Of a DNA stretch of 64,000 nucleotides, positions 61,801-64,000 are shown one piece after another (positions within the stretch are counted from its first letter, which is position 1; every line of letters begins with the position of its first letter). The position numbers and the translations under genes were made by a program. The DNA comes from Eledone cirrhosa. Taxonomy: Eukaryota. Location of the stretch: contig OZ024741.1 of the NCBI GenBank assembly GCA_964016885.1, forward strand, positions 223,138,001 through 223,202,000, read 5' to 3'. The notes under the pieces are model-generated. The model was not told where the DNA came from. It saw only the letters and a list, made by a program, of their open reading frames with translations, and ran no database searches.

Positions 61801-64000
61801 TGGGGAAAGGTTACTGGCTGGGGAAAGGTTACTGGCTGGGGAAAGGTTACTGGTCAGAGAAAGGTTACTGGCTGGGGAAAGGTTACTGGCCGGGGAAAGG
61901 TTACTGGCCAGGGAAAGGTTACTAGCCAGAGAAAGGTTACTGGCTGGGGAAAGGTTACTGGCTGGGGAAAGGTTACTGGCTGGGGAAAGGTTACTGGCTG
62001 GGGAAAGGTTACTAGCTGGGGAAAGGTTACTGGCCGGGGAAAGATTACTGGCTGGGGAAAGGTTACTGGTCAGAGAAAGGTTACTGGCTGGGGAAAGGTT
62101 ACTGGCTGGGGAAAGGTTACTGGCTGGGGAAAGGTTACTGGCCGGGGAAAGGTTACTGGCTGGGGAAAGATTACTGGCTGGGGAAAGGTTACTGGTCAGA
62201 GAAAGGTTACTGGCCGGGGAAAGGTTACTGGCTGGGGAAAGATTACTGGCTGGGGAAAGGTTACTGGCCAGAGAAAGGTTACTGGCTGGGGAAAGGTTAC
62301 TGGCTGGGGAAAGGTTACTAGCCAGAGAAAGGTTACTGGCTGGGGAAAGGTTACTGGCTGGGGAAAGGTTACAAGCCAGAGAAAGGTCACTGGCTGGGGA
62401 AAGGTTACTGGCTGGGGAAAGGTTACTAGCCAGAGAAAGGTTACTGGCTGGGGAAAGGTTACTGGCTGGGGAAAGGTTACTAGCCAGAGAAAGGTTACTG
62501 GCTGGGGAAAGGTTACTGGCTGGGGAAAGGTTACTAGCCAGAGAAAGGTTACTGGCTGGGGAAAGGTTACTGGCTGGGGAAAGGTTACTAGCCAGAGAAA
62601 GGTTACTGGCTGGGGAAAGGTTACTGGCCGGGGAAAGGTTACTGGCTGGGGAAAGGTTACTGGCTGGGGAAAGGTTACTGGTCAGAGAAAGGTTACTGGC
62701 TGGGGAAAGGTTACTGGCCGGGGAAAGGTTACTGGCCAGGGAAAGGTTACTAGCCAGAGAAAGGTTACTGGCTGGGGAAAGGTTACTGGCTGGGGAAAGG
62801 TTACTGGTCAGAGAAAGGTTACTGGCTGGGGAAAGGTTACTGGCCGGAGAAAGGTTACTGGCTGGGGAAAGGTTACTGGCCAGAGAAAGGTTATTGGCCG
62901 GGGAAAGGTTACTAGCCAGAGAAAGGTTACTGGCTGGGGAAAGGTTACTGGCTGGGGAAAGGTTACTGGCCAGAGAAATGATACTGGCCGGGGAAAGGTT
63001 ACTGGCCAGAGAAAGGTTACTGGCTGGGGAAATGTTACTGGCCGGGGAAAGGTTACTGGCCGGGGAAAGGTTACTGGCTGGGGAAAGGTTACTGGCTGGG
63101 GAAAGGTTACTGGTCAGAGAAAGGTTACTGGCTGGGGAAAGGTTACTGGCCGGGGAAAGGTTACTGGCCGGGGAAAGGTTACTGGCCAGAGAAAGGTTAC
63201 TGGCTGGGGATAGGTTACTGGCTGGGGAAAGGTTACTGGCTGGGGAAAGGTTACTGGCCAGAGAAATGATACTGGCCGGGGAAATGTTACTGGCCGGGGA
63301 AAGGTTACTGGCCGGGGAAAGGTTACTGGCCAGAGAAAGGATACTGGCCGGGGAAAGGTTACTGGCCAGAGAAAGGATACTGGCTGGGGAAAGGTTACTG
63401 GCCGGAGAAAGGTTACTGGCCAGAGAAAGGTTACTGGCCAGAGAAAGGTTACTAGCCGGGGAAAGGTTACTGGCCGGGGAAAGGTTATTGGCCAGAGAAA
63501 GGTTACTGGCCAGAGAAAGGTTACTAGCCGGGGAAAGGTTACTGGCCAGAGAAAGGTTACTAGCCAGAGAAAGGTTACTGGCCGGGGAAAGGTTACTGGC
63601 CGGGGAAAGGTTACTGGCCAGAGAAAGATTACTGGCCAGAGAAAGGTTACTGGCCAGAAAAAGGTTACTGGCCAGAGAAAGGTTACTGGCTGGGGAAAGG
63701 TTACTGGCCGGAGAAAGGTTACTGGCCAGAGAAAGGTTACTGGCCAGAGAAAGGTTACTGGCCGGGGAAAGGTTACTGGCCAGAGAAAGGTTACTGGCCA
63801 GAGAAAGGTTACTGGCCAGAAAAAGGTTACTGGCTAGAGAAAGGTTACTGGCTGGGGAAAGGTTACTGGCTGGGGAAAGGTTACTGGCTGGGGAAAGGTT
63901 ACTGGCCAGAGAAAGGTTACTGGCCGTGGAAAGGTTACTGGCCAGAAAAAGGTTACTGGCCAGAGAAAGGTTACTGGCTGGGGAAAGGTTACTGGCCGGG
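58834..64000. repeat. 18-bp minisatellite/satellite, consensus GAAAGGTTACTRGCYRGR, about 287 units, running off the window end
   Basis: strict 18-bp period; phase is unchanged from 58921 to 64000; a single 17-bp unit near 58868. Confidence 0.98.

Noticed and set aside
58834-64000. CRISPR array or telomeric repeat
   Set aside because: There are no unique spacers and no cas genes, the context is eukaryotic, and the unit is 18 bp rather than TTAGGG

Overview
AT-rich, repeat-dense animal genomic DNA. The tRNA-derived SINEs, RTE LINEs and long AT/CA microsatellites suggest a cephalopod (octopus-like), which is inference only. Two host genes lie on the minus strand. (1) The first six coding exons of an SV2-like MFS transporter (ATG at 17730); all splice phases join cleanly and the gene runs off the left edge. 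(2) An uninterrupted 1688-aa receptor guanylyl-cyclase-like ORF (43362-48428) with an unusual ectodomain (two putative Ig-like repeats, a periplasmic-binding/ANF-receptor-like domain and three EGF repeats) and a half-degenerate catalytic site (MPRYTLFGDTMLIAATMES in place of MPRYCLFGDTVNTASRMES). The rest is mostly decayed mobile DNA: Tx1/L1-clade LINEs in tandem at (AAT)n, nested RTE LINEs, a CRE-like RLE retroelement, a 5'-inverted Penelope-like element, hammerhead-ribozyme motifs, non-autonomous Helitrons and fold-back palindromes, a hAT MITE and many SINEs. The last 5.2 kb is an 18-bp tandem array (about 287 units, almost no indels) that abuts an RTE reverse-transcriptase fragment. A 200-N assembly gap lies at 26048-26247. 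All calls were made by eye; repeat boundaries are approximate unless stated otherwise.
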